Origin: Octopus sinensis
Lineage: Eukaryota
NCBI RefSeq assembly: GCF_006345805.1
Contig: NC_042998.1
Span: 19,840,001 to 19,904,000, forward strand
Reading direction: 5' to 3'
Length of the DNA stretch: 64,000 bases
The notes below the pieces were generated by a model that did not search any database, was not told the origin of the DNA, and was given only the letters and a program-made list of their open reading frames with translations. This document shows, one piece after another, positions 38,312 through 51,800 of the stretch. Made by a program: the position numbers and the translations under genes. The stretch's first letter is position 1. Each line of letters begins with the position of its first letter.

Positions 38312-39711
38312 ACGAAAGAAAGAAAGAAAAATTGAAACATTTCTAATAAGTCAGTAAATACGATAGACTGGTGTTGGACATATAAGGAATGACAATAAAA
38401 TACACCGCATCTTGTTTTCAAGTTTATGTTTGGAAACGTTGTAGTGTTTGGGGATTATAGGAACTAGGTCGGTCGCACATAGTTTGACAGTAATGGAAGG
38501 AACATTTTCAAAGCCATTGCTGGTGTTGGCTTAAGAAAACGGAAGTTGCTTACACCTACAAGTCGTGTGTATGTTATTTTCTTAATCGGGATTAATAAAA
38601 TCGAATACATTTCAAAAAATATTTACCGAGCGTGCTCAAGGTGGAGCTGAACTACAAGAGAGCAGTGATGGTGAGGCATACTCTACGGCTGGGAAGTAGA
38701 AGAAAATAGGGAAAGCACACAAGTGTTTATATCAGTAATTACAAAGAAAATACCGTATATATTCAGCTATTTCAGAACCTGGCTCAGTGTCTCCAAACAG
38801 TTAAGTAAATATTGTTACTTAGTACTCTCAATATGTTAGGGATCACATGAACTCTAAAATATTAAATTTCTAACCTCTTATTTTCTCAAATAAAAAAAGA
38901 AACCAATAATCGAAAATCCATGTGCATATAACTTTAAAACTGCTCATCGATTTTAATTTGTTATAGGTTCTTTGGTATTGTATCCAATGATAATTTTCAG
39001 AAAAATGAAAAACGCTTCTAATATATTAAGACTAAGCATAAACTTCCAAAGAATACTATAGTACAACTGTATAAATGGCAAAACTCTATTTGATACTGAA
39101 TGTTTGCAACAGTTTGGCAAAGTTGTAAAAGCAACAGTAATTGAAGTTGATTTTTCATAAACGCAATCAATTTTGCTTCCTATACTACCATATAAATTAA
39201 TGGCTGTTAATGTTATTCAGGCGAATACAGTTAGTCAAAGAGGACTAAATGTATTTTAGCAATATACGTCTGTAAATTATAGATTTATGGTCTGAAAAAA
39301 TAGTTCATTCATTGAAGCATGATATACAAAGATAAAAATCACCTTATTCCTGTGTTCATGTTGTTATTGTTGTTATTTCCTTCAAGTTCTGTGTGTGTGT
39401 TTGTGTGTAAGTGTGTTATCGGGAAATGGTGTCATAGTTTATTGAATGCAATAGCGCAATGTATCTTGAAAAGCACAATTATCTTCCAGTAGGGATTTCG
39501 GAATGATATTACTCCAATTAGCAGTATTGCATTGTATGTTAATAGTCAGTGAACATATGTCATTAGAGATCATGGGAGATTAAAATGATGGACGAAAGCG
39601 GAGAGAAAGTAGATACATCAAGACAGCGTCTGCTATACTCAACTAATTCCTATAAACAAGGATCAAATACTATATATATATATTATATATATATATATAT
39701 ATATAATATAT

Positions 39712-39800
<89 letters not shown>

Positions 39801-39964
39801 AAGTAATATATATTTTCGAAGATAATAGTGTATAACAACACCAATAATTCAATTACTCTTTTATTATTTTATACGTTCCAGCCCTAATCATGATGATACT
39901 CCTGATGATGATGATGATGACGACTACGACGAAGACGACAACGACGACGACGACGACGATGATG

Positions 39965-40160
39965 ATGATCCTTTCAACTAAGGGCGCAAGGCCTGCGATT
40001 TTGAGAGAGGGGAGTAGCCGAAGTACATAGACGCCAGTGTTTATCGACCACGAAAGGATGATAAAGTCGACCTCATTGGAATTTGAACACAAAACGTAAA
40101 GGCAAGATATTTAGCGCCATCTCCTCCAGCGAGCTAACGATTCTACCAGCTCGCTGCCTT
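39965..40160 (-). mobile_element. Diverged SINE family A relative (alternative tail)
   Basis: Head AAGGCAGCGAGCTGGTAGAATCG; flanked by ATC and TAA repeats. Confidence 0.7.
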
Positions 40161-40193
40161 AATAATAATGATAATAATAATAATAATAATAAT

Positions 40194-40244
<51 letters not shown>

Positions 40245-40246
40245 TA

Positions 40247-40278
<32 letters not shown>

Positions 40279-40306
40279 AAGAAGAAGAAGAAGAAGAAGA
40301 ATAGTA

Positions 40307-40352
<46 letters not shown>

Positions 40353-40360
40353 TAATAATG

Positions 40361-40428
<68 letters not shown>

Positions 40429-40432
40429 ATTG

Positions 40433-40481
<49 letters not shown>

Positions 40482-40486
40482 TAATA
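40161..40486. repeat. (TAA)n/(TGA)n/(GAA)n compound microsatellite
   Basis: Direct reading. Confidence 0.97.
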
Positions 40487-40790
40487 ATAGATGCCCAGAT
40501 GCAGCACCAGGCAGTGGCTTTCATGACTGCTGATCTTAACTGATTGGTATTGTCAAAATGTACATCGTTTTGTCTGGGCATAAAAGATGGTCTACAGCAA
40601 ATATTCTGCTCAATGCCACAGATTTGCTTGTCAGTTGTTTGACCTTTACCAGTTGAAGCATATCTCTTAGTGCATCTCTGATCACGAGCAGAAGCAGTGG
40701 GGAAGCATCATTGCCGTGTGTTGAGAGGGATTTTTTGGAGTTTGAATAATTCACCTCAGGAAACATGGTTGTTTCGTTCAACATGCTTAA
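40487..40790 (+). repeat. Interspersed repeat family F (unclassified)
   Basis: Homologous to 47228-47645 and 48050-48240 (GATCTTAACTGATTGG, GTCAGTTGT, CATCTCTGATCACGAG); follows a (TAA)n array. Confidence 0.8.
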
Positions 40791-40908
40791 GAAGGAGAAG
40801 GAGAAGAAGAAGAAGAAGTAGAAGGAGAAGAAGAAGAAGAAGAAGAAGAAGAAGAAGAAGAAGAAGAAGAAGAAGAAGAAGAAGAAGAAGAAGAAGAAGA
40901 AGAAGAAA

Positions 40909-42380
40909 AATGATGTTATCAACTACTAAAGAGTTCAGCAATGACATCGGAATAGATTTTGGCATTGATAAGTGTGCTAAAGCAACTATTGTGAGAGGCA
41001 AGCTCAACAAAGAGCTTCCATTAGATTAGATACTGACACTACCATCAAGGAGCTTGACCCACTAGAAAGCTATAAATACCTTGGGATAAACGAAGATGAT
41101 ATAGAACATGCTACAATGAAGGAAAAACAAAGATGATATAAAACATGCTACTATGAAGGAAAAAAGTATTACAAGAGAGTGAAACTCATTAGAAATATAA
41201 CTTATCTCTAAAAATTCAATCGAAGCCATTAACACTCTGGCAATTCCAGGAGTCCAATACAGTCTTAACATTATTAACTGGAAATTTATAGAGCTCCAAC
41301 GCCTGGACAGGAAGACAAGAAAGCTTCTAACATCTAAGAACACGCACCACTCAAAAGCAAATGCTGATCATCTGTACGTAATGAGGATGAAGAACGGATG
41401 TAGACTCCATAATAGCAATTACCAAATACTTATCTAGTAAAGAGAATTGGATGCTGCGGCTTGTGTGCAAACACGAAAGCAGCAAAATACCATATTCTGT
41501 TGTGAAGGGAGCTTGCAAATTGGCAACTCGGCATTAACCCTGAAGATGAAAAACCTGAAATTCTACCACCAAACAAGCAAAATGGATCAGACTGCAACAA
41601 AGAACGGGCAGAAACAAGTTGAGGAGCTGTAGAGCCAGAAGCCTCTGCAAGGACAGTATATACTTCGAAGCCGAAATGCTGATGTAGAACAAAAATAGCC
41701 CATCAATGGCTGAGAAGATCAAGACTGACATTTGAGATTGAAGGTTTCATATTAGCGGCACACAATCAAGGCTTGCTTAAAAAAAATACCAGGCTAATGT
41801 TCCTCAAAACGGTTCTAACTCTAAATGCAGATTCTGCGATACCTTTGATGAAAAACAGAACATCTTGTCTCGGGATGTCCTGTACTGACACCAAACGAAT
41901 ACAAAAGCTGCTATGATAGGGTTGGACAGTATTTACTCTGGAAAATATGTAAACACTACAAGATCTGCACTCCTGCGTACTGGTATAAACATCAGCCCAA
42001 GCCACTCCTTCAAGGTAAAAATGTCACTAACCTCTGAGTTTTAACATTTAACACCGACAGAACGATCTTGTCTAATTGACCAGACATAGTCGTTAATGAC
42101 TCGTAAACTAATAGATATTGTAGACTAATAGATCTAAGTGATTCCATTGATAAAAAATATATCTGTAAAACAATTTGACAAATTAATATAAGGACGTGAA
42201 AATTGGAATGCAAAAGATGTGGCATCTTAAATCGGGAACTGTTCCTGTTATTTGGGTTCCCTAGATATGATAAGAAAGGGATGTCAGAAACATGTAGATA
42301 ATATCCCAGGAGAACCATGTCTCAGAGAAATACAAAAGATTGTGCTGACAAATACTGCCAACATCCTTATAAAAAGCTGA
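40909..42380 (+). mobile_element. R4/Dong-type non-LTR retrotransposon, RT C-terminus to endonuclease
   Basis: FSNDIGIDFGIDKCA, YKYLGI, AINTLAIP, LDRKTRKLLT, CRFC, HLVSGCP, RPDIVV, EIQKIVLTNTANIL; multiple frameshifts; preceded by (GAA)n at 40789-40908. Confidence 0.92.
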
Positions 42381-42697
42381 ATACACGCAAATGGATATAT
42401 GAAGCAAGTGCAAGGCTATAATAAATAAATATATAAACACTTATATCCCACTATTTCTGTGTATTGTCGGTGTATATATATATATATATATATAATATAT
42501 GTGTGTGTGTCTCTGTGTGTATGTGTGCGTGTGTATGTGTGTGTGTGTGTGTATTTGTCATCGATGCTATCGTTATAGATATAAAGATAGCATCTTTGAC
42601 AAACATTTTCAATCTTAACAGATAGCAAACAGTTATGGAAAAACAGAAAAAGTAATCTGTTACGTGTGGGGGAAGGCAGTAGCCGGTCATATATATA

Positions 42698-42736
<39 letters not shown>

Positions 42737-42741
42737 ATATA

Positions 42742-42788
<47 letters not shown>

Positions 42789-42802
42789 GTGTGTGTGTAT
42801 AG

Positions 42803-43090
42803 GTGGAGGCGCAATGGCCCACCGGTTAGGGCAGCGGACTCGCGGTCGTAGGATCGCGGTTTCGATTTTCACACCGGGCGTGTGAGTGTTATTGAGCGAA
42901 AACACCTGAAAAGCTCCACGAGGCTCCGGCAGGGGGTGGTGATCACTGCTGTACTCTTTCACCACTCTTTCTCCCACTCTTTCGTTTAGCCAGCGGGGTG
43001 GCGTCATTCGAAGGCTAAAACAATGCGAACGCATTGTGACCAGCGATGTGTAACTACATCTGATGGACTGGTCGGTCACGTAATGACGTG
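42803..43090 (+). mobile_element. SINE family C, tail type 2
   Basis: Family C head and body, then GCCAGCGGGGTGGCGTCATT...GTGACCAGCGATGTG; matches 58039-58346. Confidence 0.88.
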
Positions 43091-43111
43091 ATATATATAT
43101 ATTATATATAC

Positions 43112-43158
<47 letters not shown>

Positions 43159-43159
43159 C

Positions 43160-43193
<34 letters not shown>

Positions 43194-43217
43194 TATATAT
43201 ACATATATATAATATAC

Positions 43218-43248
<31 letters not shown>

Positions 43249-43370
43249 CATTATATATATACATATATATATACATATATATATATGTACATATATATAT
43301 ATATATACATATATATACATATATATATACATATATATATATACATATATATATATAAATATATATATAC

Positions 43371-43408
<38 letters not shown>

Positions 43409-43460
43409 GTATGTGTATGTGTATATATGCATGAGTGTACATTTGCGCGTGCGTCTGTCC

Positions 43461-43492
<32 letters not shown>

Positions 43493-44144
43493 CTGTGTGT
43501 GTGCACTGTGTATTCTCTTATATAGGTGTTTGTGTATGTACGAAAACTAGAAATTAACCTTCATAGCAGTTATATTTGAGAAAGGCGAATGTGCATAATG
43601 GAGCCTAATATAAAGGTCATCTGCTTTTATTAATGACTGTCTGTTGCATCACAATTTGAACATCTGTGATTACGTTATATCATAGCACAGACTAGAACTT
43701 CAGCTTGGGTAATTTTCGGAACTGTTATTCCATACATATTGATAATATTGATTTTATATTAATTCTAGAAGTTTATCGACACATCGAAGTGGGTGGAATC
43801 AATGACATAAATTAAAGAAATTAATAATATAAAGTAAGCTCTCAGAAATGTCATACTGCGTCACGACTTTCCCATGTCTACGATCTAAAAGTGAATTCAG
43901 ATAGAAATTATTGATCACAGTTTCGTGATTTCCGATTCGATTCCACCGTGCAGTACCTTCAGTACATGTCTTCTACTTACAGCCTTAGAGCAACCAAAGC
44001 CTTTTTGAGCTTATTTTCGATACGGAAATTGTACGATAATGAACGACACCTCCGTCTTGGAAGAGGAGCTGTTCATTGTTCTTCGACTATAGATGGAATT
44101 TCTCACCCGGCTTAACATGAGCACATGACCCGTGTATGTGAAAG

Positions 44145-44400
44145 CACATGGCCCAGTGGTTAGAGCAGCGGACTCGCGGTGTGTGCTTATGAGCGACAAC
44201 ACCTAAGCTCCAAGCGGCTCCGGCAGAAGGTAACGGCGAAAGTTCTGCTGACTCTTTCGCCACAACTTTCTCTCACTCTTTCCTCCTGCACCTTGCAGTT
44301 CACCTGCGACGGACAGGCGTTCCGTCATGGTGGGGAATCTATACGTCAGCGAAACCGGGAAACCGGCCCTTATGAGCCAGGCAAGGCTCGAGAAGGAAGG
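44145..44400 (+). mobile_element. Chimeric SINE: family C head/body with family D-like tail
   Basis: GGCCCAGTGGTTAGAGCAGCGGACTCGCGG...ACTTTCTCTCACTC, then CCTGCGACGGACAGGCGTTCCGTC...GAAACCGGGAAACCGGCCC.ATGAGCC. Confidence 0.75.
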
Positions 44401-45759
44401 GACCCGTGTATACGTTCAGCAGTGTTCATTGTGTTGTAACGAAAAAAAATCCAGAAACTTCTCAGAGAATGTTTTGGTATTTCTTCTTACTGTTTTCAGA
44501 AACCAGTTCTAGTCATACGCGTAACACTCACCGGATCTTTAGACAAAACCACCACCTTCAAATCTCGCCTTAGAGGAGTTCATGTTAATAAAATGAATAC
44601 TAATTTATTCAGGACCTTTGAATTTGAAGACTTTGTAAATTGTATATAACTTACATTTGGTTGAATGAAACTTGTAATCAGACGAGGCATGAGTATATTC
44701 AAAGTGTCATCTGAGTACCTGGCATTACTTTTCTTGCATTGAGTATTACGCAATGCAGTTTATAATAATTTATTATAGGCAAGGAATTGGTGCGATATAA
44801 TCGATGTTTTTTGATGGTCCAATACTTTGGCGGTGGAAATATTATATAAGACGAAATAATCATAGTTCTGCAGTAAAACGCAATTTAAATTACAGTATCT
44901 TACATATAAACTATCTTATATTATAAAGTTATTTATCTATTTATTTATTTATTTTAGTTGATCAGTATAGTCAGATTATAATGATTATAGAAAAAACTGG
45001 AAAAAAATGCCTGAAGCTGAATACATTCCAGACTAAAGAGAAGACATTTGAAAGTCTGAAAGTCAGTGTGAGACTTGAATTTAGATTTATTGGCAGACGA
45101 TAAAATTGCTATCCATGCAGACGATAAAGTTTGTCTCCGTACGTCTTTTTTCCTTTCTTTTTTTTACGTTTTTTTTTCTCTTTTTTTGCACATATTTCTA
45201 TTTTGAAATGAATGTTGTTTTGGATGACACATAAATTCAGTTAGACATTTCAGGCATCCCCTATTAGGAAATCAATCATTGGATGCATTAGAAATTGATA
45301 AGTTAAAGAAACAATTCCGAGGTTCGGTCTCATATTTCTTTATCTTGAAAAGATGCATGTGGATTTTTGGCAGATAGAAATTTGGAGAAGATCGTGGTCT
45401 ATGCGTATGTGTACGAATAAACTTCCGGTTGGCGTGTAAGAAACATCCATCTCATCAAATGTTCGGATGCAGGGTTCTAATTGAGTAGGGCTCTATTGGT
45501 TAAATGAGGTTTAAGTTTATGTCCACGTGTTCGGAAAGGTTCTTCGTAGGAAGCTGGTGGCACACTGACCGCAGGAAGCAGCTTAAAATATGGAGCTAAC
45601 GTCACATAATCAAATTGCTATTAGTCACGTAACACCAAACAAATGTGCTCAGTGCTGCCACCTTTTCTATGTTCACTCAACTATTATCTATCTGTGTGTA
45701 TGTATGCTCGTGTACGCTTGTGTATATATGTTTGCATGTATGTATTATGTAGGTATGTA

Positions 45760-45927
45760 TAGGCGCAGGAGTGGCTGTGTGGTAAGTAGCTTGTTTACCA
45801 ACCACATGGTTCCGGGTTCAGTCCCACTGCGTGGCACCTTGGGCAAGTGTCTTCTACTATAGCCTCGGGCCGACCAAAGCCTTGTGAGTGGATTTGGTAG
45901 ATGGAAACCGAAAGGAAGCCTGTCGTA

Positions 45928-45996
<69 letters not shown>

Positions 45997-46222
45997 GTGT
46001 GTGTGTGTTGTGTGTCTGTGTTTGTCCCCCTAGCATTGCTTGACAACCGATGCTGGTGTGTTTATGTCCCCGTTACTTAGCGGTTCGACAAAAGAGTAAG
46101 ATAGAATAAGTACTGGGCTTACAAAAGAATAAGTCCCGGGATCGAGTTGCTCGATTAAAGCCGGTGCTCCAGCATAGCCGCAGTCAAATGACTGAACCAA
46201 GTAAAAGAGTAAAGAGTAAAAT
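45760..46222 (+). mobile_element. SINE family B
   Basis: Full-length copy with long internal TA/TG tract. Confidence 0.9.
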
Positions 46223-47052
46223 GAGTATGTATGTATGTATGTATGTATGTATGTATGTATGTATGTATGTATGAATGTATGTGTGAGCTTCACCAACGTT
46301 CTAACACGAAACACAAAAAATACTAGGGGTGTGTATCACAAACCACATTTTATCATTTTAGGGGAAAATAAGGAATGCAGTATATATATAATTGTGAGAT
46401 TATCGCGTTCAGTGCATTTTATATAGCGCTCACAAAGTGTACTTAATCAGGGATGATCCGTTTGCGAATAAAAGGAAACTAACTAAATGCACAATAATGA
46501 AGTCTAAGGAATATTTTTAGCGTACCTAAATTTTGTAGTGTACAGAACTAATAACTTGCAACATGAAACATGAAAAGGCATCCTAGACTACAGCTGAAGT
46601 TTATATAGCTCTGAGTTTCGACATACGCCGAAGATCAAAATTTCAATGTGTTTCGTACATATTAGATCGAATATTTATGTTATCGAAATTGCTGTACCGT
46701 AAGGTTACTGCTATATTCTTGATAATTTATTATTGAGTAGTGGTCATTATTGATTTCAGGACTAAATACTCGCGTATGTTTCATAAGCAGAAACGATAAG
46801 TGAGATTGAGGTATTTCTGGGTGCGATTAGATACATGAGAGATGTCTGGCTTTTAAAAGACAGATGTTTATAGTGTAAATATTGATTAATACCAAAATAT
46901 ATTGAATGATTATTTATGTGATAGCATTCAGCCATTACATATGGTGACATGTGAATTTTATGGTAACGTAGGAAGGAAAGCAAAAATAACTGAAAATATT
47001 TGATACGCCGCCATACACATGATATTGTTACTGATGCTGCTACTACTACTAT

Positions 47053-47083
<31 letters not shown>

Positions 47084-47117
47084 GCTACTAATAATACTAA
47101 TAGTAGTAGTAGTAGTA

Positions 47118-47152
<35 letters not shown>

Positions 47153-47161
47153 ATAATAGTA

Positions 47162-47197
<36 letters not shown>

Positions 47198-47227
47198 TAA
47201 TAATAATAATAACAATAACAATAATAT

Positions 47228-47645
47228 GCAGTATCAAGCAGCGGCTCTCCCGGATTCTGATGTTAACAGATTGGAAGTGTTAACATGTAAATTGTGTTTT
47301 GTCTTGGTATAGAAAATGTGCAACAACAAATATCAGAACATGTCCCTTAGTGACTGACGATATGTGCATCTCTGATCACGAGTAGAGGTAGTGGGGAGCA
47401 TCATTGCCATATGTTGAGGAGAATTCTTTGGATAATTCACCTTTGGAAACATGGGTGTTTTGTTCAACATCCTTAAACAATCCTTATTCAGGGAACTTTT
47501 GAGCGAGATGGGTTATTCGACCTGAAGAAAACTGTAACTCGGCCCCCACCTGCAAGGTCATGCACTGTTTATTTTGATATATTGCGTACATATGGTCGTG
47601 ATGCATGTACCTGGTGTACCCTTATCAGACGGGTATTCATGATGG
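47228..47645 (+). repeat. Interspersed repeat family F
   Basis: Follows the TAC/TAG/TAA array at 47035-47225; internally deleted relative to the 40487 copy but extends further 3'. Confidence 0.75.
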
Positions 47646-47824
47646 CGATGATAATTCTCTCTATGAATGCAGACAGACGTAGAGAGAGAGAGAAACAGAG
47701 TGACAGCGCTGGTGAACGCGGCGGGGAGAATATAGTAGACGCTGTCAAGCGACGTTATAGAGAGAAAGTGATGGGAAGGGAGGAAACAGAGAGATACAAA
47801 GGAAGATAAGTAGATAAGAGAATG

Positions 47825-48030
47825 GGACAAGACTTGTCAAAGTGTGCGTTTTTTGCCCTAGTGACCACACCTTTTAAGATAGGCATTTTTTAGCTAGCCC
47901 ACTAACATCCTCACCTCATTCTACATGTCCCTGTAAATTTTGGAGTCAATCCGACGGGATCTAGTGCACTTTAACCCGTTCCAATGCCAAAACCACACAA
48001 ACAAACTTTTCGCATTTCAGACTTATAGAT
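47825..48030 (+). mobile_element. Possible Helitron/DINE-1-like non-autonomous 3' end
   Basis: GTAAATTTTGGAGTCAATCCGACG...CACACAAACAAAC...TTATAGAT resembles recalled HINE/DINE-1 ends; single copy here. Confidence 0.3.
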
Positions 48031-48049
48031 ATTGATAATAATTACCTGA

Positions 48050-48240
48050 TGCTATTCTAAACAGTGTTTCTCAGGGCGTCCGATCTTAACTGATTGGAAG
48101 AGCCATCATGTACATGTTTTGTGTTGGTGTTAAAGATGCGATATCGCAAATACTCTGCTCAATACAACAGATTTGTTTGTCAGTTGTCTGAACTTAACCA
48201 TTTGAGCATATCCGTTAGTGGCTCACGATATCTACATCTT
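48050..48240 (+). repeat. Diverged family F fragment
   Basis: GATCTTAACTGATTGGAAG, CTGCTCAATACAACAGATTTG. Confidence 0.7.
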
Positions 48241-50080
48241 TGGTATCATGTCTTACTGTCTTAAAAAGAAAACAAAGAAACATGTGCTCTGCTGCGGTTA
48301 TTGAGCTCACTTCATTCCACCCACCGACTCCAGTTAGCTATAACTTTTAACTCACCTTCAAGGGAATATTGAAAAACTTACCTTTCGATTTACATACAGA
48401 GTATTTCGCATATTTCCATGCTCTTCTGGAACTTTGAAAGATTAACTGCCAACAACAGTTTGTTCTTTATCACACACATAGATCGTCGTTATCATTTTCT
48501 TCGAGAAAGGTTCAAATCAAACACCTCCCTTCAAACTTCATTGGCACATACTAAAATATTGCCGCTGTTGTCCCACTTATCTTTTTATTTATTTCCTGTT
48601 TTATAGATTTAAATTAATATTTTTCTTTCACGATGACCTTTCTCTTTCTGTATCATATTCTACAGGTCTGATTGAAAGGGTTTCATATTCTGTCTGGTAA
48701 TTTTATGATGATATGCATATTTACGCTAGTTGTCTGATAGGTGTTTTGATTGTCTCTGCCACTTTTGAAATGGCTATCTTCATGCAACGCCATTCAATGC
48801 CACAAAGTATGATTTGTATATCACTGTAAGGACCTTCTTTAAACCTGCCATTGTTTGGGAGTTTGATGCAGAAGTTTAAAGACGAATTTTATTCAAAGAT
48901 TGTTTTATACCATGAGAAATAAAGATGGCTTTTGAAAAGGTCGAGATTGGCTCCAAATGTGCAGCGAAATTTCTTCGAATCCAAATTTCATCACTATTTA
49001 TGTTAGCAGGTTGGGTCAGATGTTGGGGCGTGCACTGTTGCAGGGAGTTGCAGTATTTACCATTTCTTGGATATTCTAGGGTCCTCCTAAAAATAGCAAA
49101 TGTTAATATGTTATTTATTTGCATTGACATAATCCATCGAAATTGCACAGGTTTGTCTCATAACTCTTTCTGCATAGCTACTTCTCTTTTAGTTTTTAAG
49201 CAGATGCAGCGTGCCATCACCGAGATCTTGAAGAAAGAGGTTGCTATTCAAACTCCATCTCTGCGAGATACCCTCTCATTTGCCGTGATCATGTGGCATG
49301 TTGTAGACCAGCACAAAGCATCATCCCAGGGGGAAGATCACTGACGAGAACACGGTAAGCAGGGTCTAACTCGGAAAATCTAACATGTAAAAATTAGCCA
49401 AATAGCCTGAGCTGACGGACGTTAGTCATACAAATAACTGGACGCATACCAGTTTCTATTTGGCACCAGTACGCATCGCATTTTCTATATTAGTGACGAG
49501 GAAATTTAAAAGCAGATTTGAACTCGGAATGCAAAAACAAAAAACTAAATACGTCAAAACATTTTCCGTTTCCCGATTTATCATTCACGAAAAAAAAAGA
49601 GAAAAAATAAGAGATAAAAATATAGAAAATGTATATGGAATACAGAAGAGAAGAATTTATGAATTTATTAGTCTGATTTTCCTTTTTGCACTATATTTGT
49701 TATATCCTACTATTCTATATATCAGTCTCTGCAAATCCAGTCGTTATGTTCCATCATAATTGAGTCAATTATAGAGCAAAAGCGATAATATCAAAGCAAA
49801 TTAGACGATTTTTAGAACCAACGCTATCGCTGTGACTTCTGAAATAGCTCAAATCATTACAATTTGGTGAAATGCCATGAATCTAACAACTATCAAAAAG
49901 CGAATGCATGATTCTTCTGCACATGACAGTCGATAGGTTTCATTTGTTAAGGAATTATTATCATAAACCTATATAATATGCATTTATGCTCATTCCAATA
50001 TGATGGCCGAATCTGCATATATCAGTAGCAAATTATACATACATATATGCTTACATACATAAATACATACATGTGTACAT

Positions 50081-50147
<67 letters not shown>

Positions 50148-50649
50148 GTGTGTGTGTGTGTGTGTGTGTGTGTATGGTAGCAATTTGGGTGTGAAATGCG
50201 AATGATATGCATGCGCTTTATAATGTAATGAAATCTAATGAATCACCAGCGTGTGTTAATAGCCTTTGCAGCATCATTAAACAATTAGTCTAGTAATGCC
50301 AATTAGTCGACGCTGTCTATGAAATTAGCTTTAATGAAGGCAATATCAGAACAGATAATTTAGCAAGTGAATATGGAGAGAATGACAACCTCCTCTAAAC
50401 TCATCTTGAATTATATTTATGCATCAAAAACTGTTTACCGTATTTTAAATCTACGTAAGATATAAGTATCAAAATTTTAACTTTAAGGATTTAAAAATAA
50501 CGTCATTTCGGTGAATTAATGTTCAGTTATCTACGTGAATACAACGGAAGACACTACAGCCTGTATAAAATTTATTGCGTCCAATTAAACCGTCAGACTA
50601 TGATTAATTATTCTGGATTACGTAGTAACGTATTTTCTCTTGCTCGTTT

Positions 50650-51800
50650 CTACACGTGCATGAAAAGGTAGACCAAGTGTAATTATATATGAACCCTCTA
50701 CATAAGATCTTGCTAATTTGCTGTGGTTTCGCGAAATCTGTGTTGGCACATTTGAAAAATCATGACATTATCTGTTAATCCGTTGGAACAATCTGAGAAG
50801 ATATATGAAAGTAATATACCTGTTTAAGCCTATGGACTGCGTCCACATACTCCCGGTGTGCGCTCTTGCTCTCATCCACAAGCACTGCCGAATAGGATAA
50901 TATCAATAGTCTACACGAATTTGGACAATGTGCCCAATACATTAGGTAATAATTTACTGATGTTCACAGACAAGAGTGCCGGATTTCTTTTCGGGAAGGT
51001 AACTCATACTTCTTATTTTCGGTACATATCAATCTCTCCTTTGGATAACACCCTCGTTACTTTTTATCTTAGAGATATAGTCAAATTGAAGAACAATTTT
51101 TTGTAGGATTTTATTCTTGTGTCCAAAGAGAGTGTAAGTACAAGGATTATAAAAGAATAAATCCTGGGGGCGATTTGCTCGACTAAAGGCGGTGCGACAG
51201 CATGGACGCAGTCAAATGACTGAAAAAGTAAAAGATAAAAGTAAAGGAAAATCTTCATTATCCGCAACCAAAGACTCGTCTGAATGACATTTGATCTCTT
51301 TTCCTATGTCTAGGAAGTTCAAGGACCAGCTATTGGCACAGATTTAGTGAATGTTTTAGGAGATAACAAGCGTGTTGCTGTCGTTGATATTCTGGAAACA
51401 CACAATACTGCGGTCATTGAGCAGAGTATTGAGAAACTGAAAAAGCTTAGAAACGGTGTTTGGATAAGGGCACCAGGCAATGCACTACCACAAATCAACA
51501 CACATATTTGGCAATTAATCCGGTATTCAGTTGGTTGAGTGGGTCAAAGGTTCTCCATCCAACGTATAGTCTGGATGTATCCATTCTTTTACATCCGCTT
51601 AAACTTTCCAATCAAGGCTCATCTTCCTGGACAACCAATTGATGCCATAGACGACTTGACAGGGGCTCTCAAGAAATGAGTACAACAGTGCGCGGCTGGA
51701 TTTCTTTCAGGATTCGGGAATTGGGTTTAAAAATGGTGCAGATGTGTTGCTTGAGATGAAAAAATTATTAAGTCATACCTTTGCTTGAAAGAAGTGTTAC
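50650..51800. other. Coding-like segment of ambiguous strand: spliceable + ORF or decayed Ty3/Gypsy pol on -
   Basis: Plus strand: in-phase pieces 50829-50998 and 51314-51538 with GT/AG sites. Minus strand: stop-ridden AWCPYPNTVSKLFQFL and AHTG...CHD resemble an RT thumb and an integrase zinc finger. Confidence 0.3.
51122..51247 (+). mobile_element. SINE family B 3' fragment
   Basis: CGATTTGCTCGACTAAAGGCGGTG...GACTGAAAAAGTAAAAG. Confidence 0.85.

Noticed and set aside
49207-49355. Cys-rich candidate exon DAACHHRDLEERGC...ICRDHVACCR ending at a GTAAGC donor
   Set aside because: Several frames are open, the Cys spacing is not a recognised motif and there is no reliable in-phase partner exon; too ambiguous to call.
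51323-51346. GPAIGTDL as an Hsp70 N-terminal motif
   Set aside because: It lacks the following GTTYSCV, and no other Hsp70 sequence is nearby.
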